From an uncultured Planctomycetia bacterium (GTDB taxonomy: Bacteria; Omnitrophota; Gorgyraeia; Tantalellales; Tantalellaceae): DNA of 64,000 nucleotides. Shown here piece after piece: positions 30,172 to 39,809 of this stretch; within the stretch, counting starts at the first letter, position 1, and every line of letters begins with the position of its first letter. Location: positions 331,587-395,586 of the forward strand of contig CAZNEE010000001.1 in assembly GCA_964572255.1 (NCBI GenBank), written 5' to 3'. The notes beneath the pieces were generated by a model that saw only the letters and a program-made list of their open reading frames with translations, was not told where the DNA came from and searched no databases. The translations under genes were made by a program, and so were the position numbers.

Positions 30172-30303
30172 TTAAAAACGGAATTCCATTTCTATAATTT
30201 TCCTTACACTTGCTTATTTTTCATCCTCTAATTTAATTTTCTTGAAATCCTGCGTGATCGACGCTATTATAAATGTCAGTTTCTTCTTAAAAAAGGGGCC
30301 CGT

Positions 30304-31080
30304 ATGAATAAAAGGTTATATGTAATTGCAGCCGTTATTGCCGTGATCTTGATTTTGATCATGGCAAGGGACACGATGATCGAAAGTACCCTTAAAAAAG
30401 GCGTCAAGCGCCTTACGGGCTTGAGCATGAGGATCCAAAGGTTTAGAACAGGCGTTTTCAAGCCTTATGTGGACATAAAAGATCTCGTGCTTTATAATCC
30501 CAAAGGGTTCAAGGACAGGGTCATGGCCGATGTGCCGGAGATCTATATTTATTACGATCTGCCGTACATGTTCAAAGGCAGGCATCATTTTTACGAGATG
30601 CGCCTGGAATTACAGGAATTATTGGTCGTGAGAAATGAAAACAGCGAACTCAATCTTAACGCGTTAAAATCCTTGAAAGACCAGAGAAGCGGCGCTGCAG
30701 AAAAGCAAGAGAGGAAGCCCCTCAAGCTGGACATCGATTATCTGCATTTAAAAATAGGAAAGGTTATATACAAGGATTATTCCAAAGGCGGCGCGCCGGC
30801 AGTAAAAGAATTTAATATAGGCCTTGATGAAAGCTACACCGGGGTCGATGATCCCTATGAACTTGTAAATCTGATAATTGTAAAAGCTATCAGAAAAACT
30901 ACCATAGCGCAGCTTACCGGGTTCGATCTGCAGAGTCTGCAGGATTCCCTTTCTGTTGCTGTCAGTGCGGGCAAAAAGACGATAAAAACCGTGGCCGTTG
31001 CCGCGGAGGATACATTAAAAGATACAACTAAAGTTCTGAAAGAGGCCATTAAACTTCCGTTCAAGAAGACGGAAAAGTAG
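30304..31080 (+). CDS. membrane-anchored hypothetical protein
   Basis: N-terminal TM helix, 258 aa; lysine-rich C-terminal region. Confidence 0.55.
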   Translation: MNKRLYVIAAVIAVILILIMARDTMIESTLKKGVKRLTGLSMRIQRFRTGVFKPYVDIKDLVLYNPKGFKDRVMADVPEIYIYYDLPYMFKGRHHFYEMRLELQELLVVRNENSELNLNALKSLKDQRSGAAEKQERKPLKLDIDYLHLKIGKVIYKDYSKGGAPAVKEFNIGLDESYTGVDDPYELVNLIIVKAIRKTTIAQLTGFDLQSLQDSLSVAVSAGKKTIKTVAVAAEDTLKDTTKVLKEAIKLPFKKTEK

Positions 31081-31106
31081 CTATTGATAATTTCCGGGAG
31101 GGATAA

Positions 31107-31466
31107 ATGCTTTTAAAAATATTAGGGGCTTTATGGATACTTTTCGGCCTTTTGTGGCTCATTTTTCCCAATATGCTGAAAAATCGCCTGAAGAAAAAAT
31201 TAAGCCGGAAAATAAGAAGGGTCGTATTCGCTTTTTTAATAGTCTTCGGCCTTGTTTTAGCGGGAAGTGTCCTCAAAGTTCAGGGTATCCTTCCAAAGAT
31301 AATAGGTATCATAGGCCTGGTACTGGCTATAAAAGGGTTCATGCTCATCACGTCAAAGACTTCCGAAAAGTTCTTTGACTGGCTGGCGACGAGGTCAATA
31401 ATATACTTCAGGATAATGGCATTGGTTATCCTGGGAATAGGCATAGCTGTAGTATTTTTCATGTAG
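31107..31466 (+). CDS. integral membrane protein, hypothetical
   Basis: Four predicted TM helices in 119 aa. Confidence 0.45.
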   Translation: MLLKILGALWILFGLLWLIFPNMLKNRLKKKLSRKIRRVVFAFLIVFGLVLAGSVLKVQGILPKIIGIIGLVLAIKGFMLITSKTSEKFFDWLATRSIIYFRIMALVILGIGIAVVFFM

Positions 31467-31470
31467 GTAC

Positions 31471-31989
31471 ATGGCAGGAGGACTGATGGAGATATTGGGG
31501 CTCTCGATCTTAATAATATTCAGCTTGATCGGATTCGCAGCGATATTTTTTACCACCTTCGGGACTTTGATCATACTTATCGGATCGTTCTTATATGCGC
31601 TCTTGACGCAATTTTCTCTGATAAATATCGAAGCGTTCATACTTATCCTGATATTGTATCTTATCGGAGAAGTGCTTGAATATGTATTTGTTATTATCGG
31701 CGCCAAAAAGTTCGGCGCTTCCAATGTAGCTGTTGCGGGCGCCATAATCGGCGGCATACTGGGAGCGATCGTAGGCGCGGGAGTTTTCGGGGTAGGTCTT
31801 ATACTGGGCACTTTCCTGGGGATCTTTCTCGGGGCTTTTCTTGTTGAACTTATCATCCAGAAAGATCTTGTTAAATCGCTAAAGGCAGGTACGGGAGGGA
31901 TACTGGGAAGGTTCGGAGCGATAATAGCTAAAGTGCTGATAGCATTACTGATGTTCTATATCATGGCATCCAGCATAATAAGGGTTTAA
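31471..31989 (+). CDS. integral membrane protein, hypothetical (Gly-rich helices)
   Basis: 172 aa, four or five TM helices with GxxxG-rich segments; 4-nt gap to the previous gene. Confidence 0.5.
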   Translation: MAGGLMEILGLSILIIFSLIGFAAIFFTTFGTLIILIGSFLYALLTQFSLINIEAFILILILYLIGEVLEYVFVIIGAKKFGASNVAVAGAIIGGILGAIVGAGVFGVGLILGTFLGIFLGAFLVELIIQKDLVKSLKAGTGGILGRFGAIIAKVLIALLMFYIMASSIIRV

Positions 31990-32037
31990 TCGAAGAGGAT
32001 CACAAATTGAGCATCTTGAGGCAGAACAGGAGTTAAC

Positions 32038-32430
32038 ATGATAAAAAATAAAACACTTGTTATATTGTTCGGATTAACATTGCTCGTCTTTGGCTGCACC
32101 GCAGAAAAAGTTGTTGATGTCAACGTGGCGGGGAATAAGACAATACATTTAAGGGTGGGACAAACTGTAAACGTCAAACTGGGATCCAATCCCACTACCG
32201 GATACATATGGATGCTTGCGGAAAAAGAGGGCTATAATGCGCTTACCAGACTCGGCAATTATAAATATGTACCTGACGCAACCCGGCGTATAGGAGCGGG
32301 AGGCACGCAAGTCTTTACCTTTGAGGGCGCAAAAAGAGGGCAGGCAGAACTTGTGTTTGAATATCGCAGGCCGTGGGAAGGGGACAAAGCGCCGGTCAAG
32401 AAATATGAAGTCAACTTAGTCGTGCATTAG
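32038..32430 (+). CDS. chagasin-family cysteine-peptidase inhibitor (I42), lipoprotein
   Basis: All three chagasin loop motifs present: NPTTGYIW, GAGG and RRPWEG; signal peptide with Cys lipobox. Confidence 0.8.
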   Translation: MIKNKTLVILFGLTLLVFGCTAEKVVDVNVAGNKTIHLRVGQTVNVKLGSNPTTGYIWMLAEKEGYNALTRLGNYKYVPDATRRIGAGGTQVFTFEGAKRGQAELVFEYRRPWEGDKAPVKKYEVNLVVH

Positions 32431-32440
32431 AGAAGGCCTT

Positions 32441-33172
32441 TTACTTCAAATAATGCTTTGTTAATTCAGCCTTCAGGAAATTAAAAGCCGAATCAACATC
32501 ATCAAAAAAGGAAAATAGCTTCATATCCTTTTTATCGATCATATTCTCCTTGATGAACAGATCAAAATCGATCAGTTTTTTCCAATAATCCGAACCGTAG
32601 ATGACTATCGGCACGTTTTTTCTTAACGTCTTCGTTTGAACGAGAGTGAGGATCTCGAACATCTCATCAAGCGTTCCGAAGCCTCCGGGAAAAAGTACCA
32701 GGGCTTTCGCGAGGTACACGAACCAGAATTTGCGGACAAAGAAATAATGGAATATAAAAGACAGTTCTTTGGATTGATATAAGTTCGGTTCCTGTTCTTC
32801 AGGGATACTGATATTAAGTCCCACGGATTTTCCGCCCGCTTTTTTTGCGCCGCGATTCGCAGCTTCCATGATACCGCCGCCGCCGCCGGAAGCTATGACA
32901 AAACGTCTTTGGGAGCCTGTCAGGCCTAAAGACCATTTTGTGAGTTTTTCTGCGAGCTTCATCGCATCTTTGTAATATCTATTTTTGGGGTTTGTTCTTG
33001 CCGAGCCGAAGAAGACTATAGTGTCTTTTATGTTATATTTTCGGAAGCGCTGGCGGGGTTCGATGAATTCGCTCAAGATTCGTAAATGCCTGGCGCCGGG
33101 CGAATTCAAAAAGTCCAGGTTCTTGTAAGCTTTTTGCGGCCAAGTTCTTGATGAGGCTTTTTTCTTTGCCAT
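32441..33172 (-). CDS. LOG family protein (cytokinin riboside 5'-monophosphate phosphoribohydrolase-like)
   Basis: PGGFGTLDE and GGGGGIMEA motifs. Confidence 0.85.
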   Translation of the reverse strand: MAKKKASSRTWPQKAYKNLDFLNSPGARHLRILSEFIEPRQRFRKYNIKDTIVFFGSARTNPKNRYYKDAMKLAEKLTKWSLGLTGSQRRFVIASGGGGGIMEAANRGAKKAGGKSVGLNISIPEEQEPNLYQSKELSFIFHYFFVRKFWFVYLAKALVLFPGGFGTLDEMFEILTLVQTKTLRKNVPIVIYGSDYWKKLIDFDLFIKENMIDKKDMKLFSFFDDVDSAFNFLKAELTKHYLK

Positions 33173-33342
33173 TTATTTATCTCCTTTATTTGTGATCTTA
33201 ACTATAATAGTTTACCAAATAATTCTATAATTACAAATTTTTTAAAGCTATAAATACTTGTTAATTAGCTAGTTTCGTGGTATATAGTTTTAAAGATCAT
33301 ATAGACGCCAAAATAAATTTTATTGCTAATATCGGAGGGAAA

Positions 33343-33993
33343 ATGATAGATCTTCATACTCATTCACTGTTAAGCGACGGGGAACTTCTGCCCAGCGAGC
33401 TTGCAAGGCGGGCTCAGGTCAACGGCTGCACGGCTATTGCCGTAACAGATCACGTGGACCACTCAAATATTGATAATGTCGTGGAAAGTCTGGTGAGGGT
33501 TTCAAGCCAGATCAATAAATACTGGGACATAACGGTGATACCGGGAGTCGAGATCACGCACGCCCCGCTTGAGTCTTTCAAAGCTCTGGTAGAACATGCC
33601 CGTAAAAAAGGAGCGAAAGTAATTATCGGGCACGGCGAATCTCCGGTCGAGCCCGTCATCCCGGGCACCAATGCGGCAGCTATAAACGCAGGGGTCGATA
33701 TACTCGCGCACCCCGGTTATATCAGTGAACAGGACGCTTCTTTAGCCCGCGAAAAAGGGGTTTATCTTGAGATCACCTGTAGAGATGGCCATTCTGAAAC
33801 CAACAAACACGTGTTCGATGCAGCTTCCAAGGCGGGGGCAAAAATGGTGCTCTCGACTGACGCGCATGCACCCGCAGATCTTCTCACGCAAGAGAAACGG
33901 GAAGATGTCCTGGGATCCTTAACGGAGTCTTTCGATATCATTGCCGGCATTCTGGCTAACTCTGAAGAGATAGTGAAGAGGATCCGCGGATAA
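33343..33993 (+). CDS. PHP-domain phosphoesterase
   Basis: MIDLHTHSLLSDG ... DHVDH histidine motifs; start moved to the ATG after the GGAGGG RBS. Confidence 0.75.
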   Translation: MIDLHTHSLLSDGELLPSELARRAQVNGCTAIAVTDHVDHSNIDNVVESLVRVSSQINKYWDITVIPGVEITHAPLESFKALVEHARKKGAKVIIGHGESPVEPVIPGTNAAAINAGVDILAHPGYISEQDASLAREKGVYLEITCRDGHSETNKHVFDAASKAGAKMVLSTDAHAPADLLTQEKREDVLGSLTESFDIIAGILANSEEIVKRIRG

Positions 33994-34042
33994 TCCATAA
34001 CACTTTATTCTCTTAACAGAAAATTTTTTTTGTTTTCCACCC

Positions 34043-34070
34043 TTGACACCACTAAGCTTTGTGGTATACT
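34043..34070 (+). promoter_or_regulatory. sigma-70-like promoter TTGACA-16-TATACT
   Basis: Lies about 275 nt upstream of the OMP gene, leaving a long leader. Confidence 0.45.
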
Positions 34071-34345
34071 TCAACAAATATGAACACGAGGTTAACTTTA
34101 AGTTAATTCTTAAAGTGTGTCTTGTTCTCTATATACCTGTATACCTAACGTATGTACCGCCGATGCAGTTTCAAATCAGGCAAAGAAAGGGGGGAGGAAA
34201 TAAACCAATTGGACTTAAATGCCGGAAACTGTAAATTTTCCAAGGCGATACTAACATAGAAAAAGTAATGCAAGAACGGGTGAATAACCCGTTCATTTGA
34301 GATATTTCTAAAGCAACAGAAAAAACTACCTTTTAAGGAGGTAAA

Positions 34346-35827
34346 ATGAGATTTGTAAAAGCTTTATTGGTTTTGGCGCTTGTATTCGCAATGTCTGCGA
34401 TCGTATACGCCGAAACACAGAGTGTGAAAGTCAGCGGCGACCTCGCAATGCGCGCTTTCGCAAGAAACAATTTTGATCTGAACAGAGATGATGCTGAAGG
34501 TGCTAACGGTACAACATCATCAGACTGGGCAACATACCTGACAAGCACAGCCGAAGTTCAGATCGATGCCGACCTCACTGACAACGTATCTGGTGTTATC
34601 AGACTTATCAACCAGAGAGTATGGGGCAGCGGAGACAAAGCGGCTGAAGCTAACGGTGAACTTGGTGAAGTAGGCGCTCCTTTTCAGGATCAAGTTACAG
34701 CCAGAGTTATGACAAACGATCGCGAAGATGAGTTCCAGATCGATGTTGACCTGGCTTACATTGAGCTGAAAGAGTTCCTCTACAGCCCGCTCACGCTCAG
34801 GATCGGTCGTCAGGACCTTTGGTTCGGTAAAGGTTTCATCATTGGCGCAAACCTTCAGGATCCTGAAAACAAACTGTATGCTCCGGAATACACAGCTATC
34901 CAGTCATTTGATGCCATAAGAGCGACTCTTGACTATGATCCTTGGACGATCGACGCTGTATTCGCAAAGATTACTGAAAACTTGAGAAGATCAGACGATG
35001 ACACAAATCTTTGGGGCGTAAACGTAGGCTACGTATTTGATGAGTACAACGCAGAAGCAGAAGCTTACTGGTGGTACAAGCAGGATAGGTTTACCGGTTC
35101 CGGAAATACTGGTGCACTTACTCCTGGTTTGATCGATGTTATAAACAGCCATGATGACAATGACGTTCATGTAATTGGCTTAAGAGGCAGCATGGACCCG
35201 ATCGAAGACTGGACAATGGCTCTTGAAGGTGCTTACCAGTTCGGCAACTATCTCGGCGCTAACAGCCAGATAGAAGACAGAGACAGAAGCGCCTGGGCGA
35301 TCGATGCAATGGTCGAATGCCGTTACTTCCAGGATGACTATGCCTGGAAACCCGTTCTTGCCGCTGAATATATCTTCTATTCCGGCCAGGACAACATGGG
35401 TAACGTAGCAGCTACTTCTTCCGGCGACTACAATGGCTGGGATCCGATGTTCAGAGGGAAATTTGACACAAAGATCAGAGAGTACCAGAACTGGTTCTAC
35501 AGAACAGCCATGGCAAGCTGCCCGTCCTTCACTAACCAGCACCAGGTGTTGGTGAGAGGTTCAGTTGAACCGACTGACAGCTTGACAGTTAGCGCGCAGT
35601 ACGCTCATTTCTGGCTCGCGGAGTCATGGGCCACTGTAACTAACACTGTTCCTCAGAACACAGATAAAGATGTAGGCTCAGAAGTTGACCTTGAGCTTAC
35701 CTGGGATTACACAGAAGATGTGCAGTTCGGTCTTTTAACTGCATGGTTCTTCCCGGGCGGTCACTTTGCAGGCGGCGAGGACGACATAGCTACAGATATG
35801 GTCGCTTCTGTAAAACTCAGCTTCTAA
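34346..35827 (+). CDS. outer-membrane beta-barrel protein (porin-like), hypothetical
   Basis: Signal peptide (AMSAIVYA), alternating amphipathic strands rich in aromatics, C-terminal ...KLSF; 493 aa. Confidence 0.6.
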   Translation: MRFVKALLVLALVFAMSAIVYAETQSVKVSGDLAMRAFARNNFDLNRDDAEGANGTTSSDWATYLTSTAEVQIDADLTDNVSGVIRLINQRVWGSGDKAAEANGELGEVGAPFQDQVTARVMTNDREDEFQIDVDLAYIELKEFLYSPLTLRIGRQDLWFGKGFIIGANLQDPENKLYAPEYTAIQSFDAIRATLDYDPWTIDAVFAKITENLRRSDDDTNLWGVNVGYVFDEYNAEAEAYWWYKQDRFTGSGNTGALTPGLIDVINSHDDNDVHVIGLRGSMDPIEDWTMALEGAYQFGNYLGANSQIEDRDRSAWAIDAMVECRYFQDDYAWKPVLAAEYIFYSGQDNMGNVAATSSGDYNGWDPMFRGKFDTKIREYQNWFYRTAMASCPSFTNQHQVLVRGSVEPTDSLTVSAQYAHFWLAESWATVTNTVPQNTDKDVGSEVDLELTWDYTEDVQFGLLTAWFFPGGHFAGGEDDIATDMVASVKLSF

Positions 35828-35850
35828 GTTCGTTCTAGAAAAGCTAACTA

Positions 35851-35890
35851 AAACCCCGGTTCGGGTTCGCTCGAACCGGGGTTTTTTTTA
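35851..35890 (+). terminator. rho-independent terminator
   Basis: 13-bp GC-rich stem AAACCCCGGTTCG/CGAACCGGGGTTT with 8-nt loop followed by T8. Confidence 0.8.
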
Positions 35891-35952
35891 TTTCGGAATA
35901 TGTTGACTTTTACTTCCCATACATTACAATATATAATAATATAATTAATACC

Positions 35953-36327
35953 TTGAGTTTAAAAACGGGGAAAGGGGAGAAAATGGAAGAAGAAAAGAAA
36001 CCTCAAGAAGAGTCATCTCAACCGAACCAATCAAGCGGCAATGCATATGCCATTCTTTCGTATCTTTGGATACTGTGTCTTATTCCGCTTCTCATGAAAA
36101 AAGACGATGAGTTTGTTTTGTTTCATGCAAAACAGGGGCTCATGCTTTTTATAGTGGAAGTCGCGATAGGGATAATCGGTATCATACCTTTTCTTGGATG
36201 GCTTATCGTAATGCTTGGGACATTAGCATGCGGTATCCTTTCTATAATGGGTATCATCCAGGTTCTCATGGGCAATATGTGGAAGATGCCGGTCATAGGC
36301 GATTGGGCTGAAAAGATAACCGTATAA
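35953..36327 (+). CDS. small membrane protein, hypothetical
   Basis: Gln/Ser-rich N-terminus then two or three TM helices; 124 aa. Confidence 0.5.
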   Translation: MSLKTGKGEKMEEEKKPQEESSQPNQSSGNAYAILSYLWILCLIPLLMKKDDEFVLFHAKQGLMLFIVEVAIGIIGIIPFLGWLIVMLGTLACGILSIMGIIQVLMGNMWKMPVIGDWAEKITV

Positions 36328-36342
36328 CCAGAGGGATCTTCT

Positions 36343-37173
36343 GTGAATAAGCGGAAAAAGAGCATTTTACTGTTCCTGATTACCGCATTGATCATTTGCT
36401 TATTTGTGATCTTCTTGAGCAGTACCTTCTTCATGGAAAAAGCGGAGAAGTTCCAGGAAGGTACGCGGAAGATCGTGAAGATAGTAAAGAAGTTTTCTTT
36501 TGCGGATTCCAGAAGTCTTGTCGATTGGGAGGAAAAAGTCCTTACAAGCAGGAAGACAGAATACCGGCTCGGCAAGGAAGACGGAAAAAGCTGCGTTACG
36601 GCCACGAGCAAGGATTCCGCGTCTTCACTGTATTACAAGCAGGAGCTTTCACACGATAAGAATCCCTATATAAGCTGGGAATGGATCGTGAAGAAGTTCC
36701 CCGAGAGAAAAGGCAAGGAAACTTTAAACAAGAAAAAAGAATTTGATTTCGCGGCGCAGGTTTACGTTATATTTTACTCGCGTTTTTTTCTCAATACGAA
36801 AGCTATTCAGTATGTATGGACCGAGACCATACCCGTCGGCGTGGTGGCGAATAATCCTTACACGAAAAACGTGAAGCTCATGGTGCTCGAGACAGGCCCT
36901 TCAGAAACGTGGAAAAGTGAAGAGCGGGACATAACGGAAGATTTCAGGCTGCTTTTCGGAGAAGACCTGAGCAAGGATGTAAGGGCCATAGCTTTCATGA
37001 CGGATGCGGACAGCACCGGTTCGGAAGCTGAAGCGTGCTTTGCGAATGTCACTCTCGGTTACATAACAAAGAACGGGGAAGAGTGCATGGATGAGAAAAT
37101 AAAATCTCCGTGGGAGAAAGTGAAGGATTATTTTTTGCCTTTTTCAACATATAACGAAAGGAGCAGCCATTAA
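36343..37173 (+). CDS. exported hypothetical protein
   Basis: N-terminal signal/anchor helix; 276 aa; no recognised catalytic motif. Confidence 0.5.
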   Translation: MNKRKKSILLFLITALIICLFVIFLSSTFFMEKAEKFQEGTRKIVKIVKKFSFADSRSLVDWEEKVLTSRKTEYRLGKEDGKSCVTATSKDSASSLYYKQELSHDKNPYISWEWIVKKFPERKGKETLNKKKEFDFAAQVYVIFYSRFFLNTKAIQYVWTETIPVGVVANNPYTKNVKLMVLETGPSETWKSEERDITEDFRLLFGEDLSKDVRAIAFMTDADSTGSEAEACFANVTLGYITKNGEECMDEKIKSPWEKVKDYFLPFSTYNERSSH

Positions 37174-37207
37174 ATATCTCAATACCTCTTTAAGGAAACA
37201 TTATCTG

Positions 37208-37579
37208 GTGATAATTGTTTTTGCCATGCTGATACCGACTTTGTTCGTCGGAGGTTGCCTTTATTATTTTATTCTTACCGTGATGGCCGAACAGCTTGCT
37301 CTTCCGGATGTCATCGCCCGGAATTTGCTGCCTGTCATCGAAAGAATTAACCTTGTATTGATCGTCGGTCTGCCGATCGTGTTCGCGGTCATGCTTACAT
37401 GGGCGATAGTTCTTTCATACAAGTTTGTTGCGCCCCTTGAACGCCTGGAAGAAGACCTTGAAAAGATCGATGAAGGGGATTATTCGGTAAGACTCGAAGT
37501 CAGCCAGGATCATGAGCTCAGTCCGATCGCGAACGTGATCAATGATCTTGTTGACCAGCTTGAAAAACATAAAGGCTAA
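37208..37579 (+). CDS. small membrane protein with HAMP-like linker, hypothetical
   Basis: Two TM helices then an amphipathic coiled segment; 123 aa; no output domain. Confidence 0.4.
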   Translation: MIIVFAMLIPTLFVGGCLYYFILTVMAEQLALPDVIARNLLPVIERINLVLIVGLPIVFAVMLTWAIVLSYKFVAPLERLEEDLEKIDEGDYSVRLEVSQDHELSPIANVINDLVDQLEKHKG

Positions 37580-37587
37580 AAAAGTAA

Positions 37588-38379
37588 ATGAAAATCCATA
37601 AAACAGCCATTGTGGCAAAAAAAGCCGAGATCGCCGAAAGTGTCGAGATCGGCCCCAATGTTATTATTGAAGACGATGTGATTATCGCCCCCGGCGTCAA
37701 AATAATGGCGAACGCATATATATGCGCAGGCACTGAAATAGGTGAAAATACGATCATCCACATGGGGGCGGTTATCGGGAATGCGCCTCAGGATCATTCT
37801 TTTAAAGGCAAAAAGACGTTTACTAAGATCGGAAAAAACAATATTATCCGGGAATACGTGACAATACACCGCGGCACGGAAGAGGGATCATCAACCGTAA
37901 TAGGCGATAACAACTTTATCATGGTCCAGGCGCATCTGGGGCATAATTGCAGAACGGAGGATAATGTTATTATCGCGAACGGCGCTCTTCTCGCAGGACA
38001 CGTAGAAGTCGGGGAAAGCGCGTTCATTTCCGGCAACGTGGTTTTTCATCAGTTTTGCCGTATCGGGCGGTATGCAATGATAGGCGGGTTCACGGGCGTG
38101 AATAAAGATGTTCCGCCGTACATGATCGTAAGAGGGCCTTCCGCGGTGAGAGGCATCAATCTTGTCGGCCTCAGGCGCGCGAAATTCAGCACGGATGTTA
38201 TAAGGGAGATAAAAGAAGCTTATAAACTTTTGTTTCTTTCCGATCTGACCCAGAAAGAAGCGGCCGGCAGGATAAAAAAAGAATATAGGTCTGATGAAGT
38301 AAAACATTTAATTAATTTTATAAATGAATCTAAAAGAGGTATTTGTAAAGTACGTTATAGTAAAGAAGAATATTTTTAA
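37588..38379 (+). CDS. lpxA: acyl-ACP--UDP-N-acetylglucosamine O-acyltransferase
   Basis: Left-handed beta-helix hexapeptide repeats (VEIGPNVIIEDDVIIAPGVKI...), LpxA length and C-terminal helical domain. Confidence 0.9.
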   Translation: MKIHKTAIVAKKAEIAESVEIGPNVIIEDDVIIAPGVKIMANAYICAGTEIGENTIIHMGAVIGNAPQDHSFKGKKTFTKIGKNNIIREYVTIHRGTEEGSSTVIGDNNFIMVQAHLGHNCRTEDNVIIANGALLAGHVEVGESAFISGNVVFHQFCRIGRYAMIGGFTGVNKDVPPYMIVRGPSAVRGINLVGLRRAKFSTDVIREIKEAYKLLFLSDLTQKEAAGRIKKEYRSDEVKHLINFINESKRGICKVRYSKEEYF

Positions 38380-38414
38380 TAAAAAGGATTCAATAATCAG
38401 AAAAGGAGGAAGTA

Positions 38415-38768
38415 ATGGCGAAAAAAACGGATATCAACAAAATATTTGAAAAGTACAGACCGATGCTGAAAAAATTCGGAGATGAGGTCGGTGAAGCCGC
38501 CAAAAAGGGTGAAGAAGGCGTAGTCAAGATGTCCAAGCTTCTTAAACTCCAGATCGATGTCATGGGCCTTACGGTCCAGAAAGAGAAACTTTATCATGAA
38601 TTGGGCAAAGAAGTGGCGGAAAAACTCATGAAAGGCCAGACCGATATAGCGGGTCTGGAAAAATACAGGAAACGCCTCGATAAGATCATGTCCCAGGGAG
38701 AAAAAGCAAAAAAGACTATTTCAAAAGTCAAAAAAAGCGCGGGCAAGAAAAAAGCGGCTAAAAAATAA
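38415..38768 (+). CDS. lysine-rich coiled-coil protein, hypothetical
   Basis: 117 aa ending ...KKSAGKKKAAKK; strong RBS GGAGG. Confidence 0.5.
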   Translation: MAKKTDINKIFEKYRPMLKKFGDEVGEAAKKGEEGVVKMSKLLKLQIDVMGLTVQKEKLYHELGKEVAEKLMKGQTDIAGLEKYRKRLDKIMSQGEKAKKTISKVKKSAGKKKAAKK

Positions 38769-38801
38769 TCAGTATTTATCAACTTGCAAGGAGAAAAAAT
38801 A

Positions 38802-39809
38802 ATGAACAAAAAAATTTTGATTCTAGTTATCGCAGCTGTGTTTGTTTTCGGTTCTGTTCTGTCTTATGCGGATACGTCTTACAAATTAAAACGTATGACT
38901 TCGGATCTTTATGACAGAAAGACGCATATGAAGGCCAAGAGGTATCTTTCCAATTACGGTAAAGATGTAACGCCGTTCGTTCTGCCGCTTCTTAAGGATA
39001 AAAACAATGAAAGGGTCAGGGTGGCTGCTCTTTATATAATCGGTAAAGTGGGGGATACTTCGGCAGAGGACGAAGTTATCGCGAGCCTGAAAGACAGAGA
39101 TCACAGGGTAAGGCAGGAAGCCGCAAGAACATTAAGCGTCATCGGCTCACAAAAAGCGGTAGAGCCGCTTAAAAGGCTTTTAAATGATTCTTTTCCGGAT
39201 GTAAGATTTAACGCCATAAGGGCTTTGTCCAATATCGCGCCTAAAGATGAAACCGATCTTTTTACGAACGTATTGAACGATTATGATCCGCGCATACGCA
39301 TGTTTGCCGTTAGAGCTTTGGGGAATTTAAAGGTTAAAAGCGCGGTGCCTTATTTATCCCGGATGACGGGCGATCCGGATCCGGCGGTAAGGATAGAGCT
39401 TGCTAAAGCTCTGGGTGATATCGGATCAGATGACAGCCTTCAAGCTCTTACATGGCTTCTTGGCGATCCTGATCTTCAGGTCCGTATACTTGCCGTGGAA
39501 AGCCTCGGCAAACTCAAGACTTCCGCGGCGGATGAGGCTTTGGCCCAGGCAGCGGATTCCAGTGACCCCAGAGTTGCCAGTATCGCTATACTGTCGCTTG
39601 GCGACAGGAAAAGCTCAAAGGCTCTCGAAGTCGCAAGGGCGCATCTGGATGACGAGCATTTATCCGTAAAGCTCGCGTCCATCGAGGTAGTGGGCAAGAT
39701 GGGCGGAAGCGGCGATAAAGACCCTCTTAAGAACATGCTTGATGCGGAATCTTCAAAGGTAAGAAGGAGCGCCCAGAAAGCTTTGCAGGGGGTTGAAGGA
39801 AGCAAATGA
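38802..39809 (+). CDS. HEAT-repeat (PBS-lyase-like) protein, secreted
   Basis: Signal peptide, then about 9 tandem repeats of a roughly 30-aa motif (RVR..A...LG.IG...A...L...L.D). Confidence 0.7.
   Translation: MNKKILILVIAAVFVFGSVLSYADTSYKLKRMTSDLYDRKTHMKAKRYLSNYGKDVTPFVLPLLKDKNNERVRVAALYIIGKVGDTSAEDEVIASLKDRDHRVRQEAARTLSVIGSQKAVEPLKRLLNDSFPDVRFNAIRALSNIAPKDETDLFTNVLNDYDPRIRMFAVRALGNLKVKSAVPYLSRMTGDPDPAVRIELAKALGDIGSDDSLQALTWLLGDPDLQVRILAVESLGKLKTSAADEALAQAADSSDPRVASIAILSLGDRKSSKALEVARAHLDDEHLSVKLASIEVVGKMGGSGDKDPLKNMLDAESSKVRRSAQKALQGVEGSK

Noticed and set aside
36343-37173. Assignment of the 276-aa exported protein to a named DUF family (DUF3047-like) and of 35953-36327 and 31471-31989 to DUF4870/DUF456
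   Set aside because: These are recollections of family resemblance that I cannot verify from motifs alone. They are reported only as hypothetical membrane or exported proteins.
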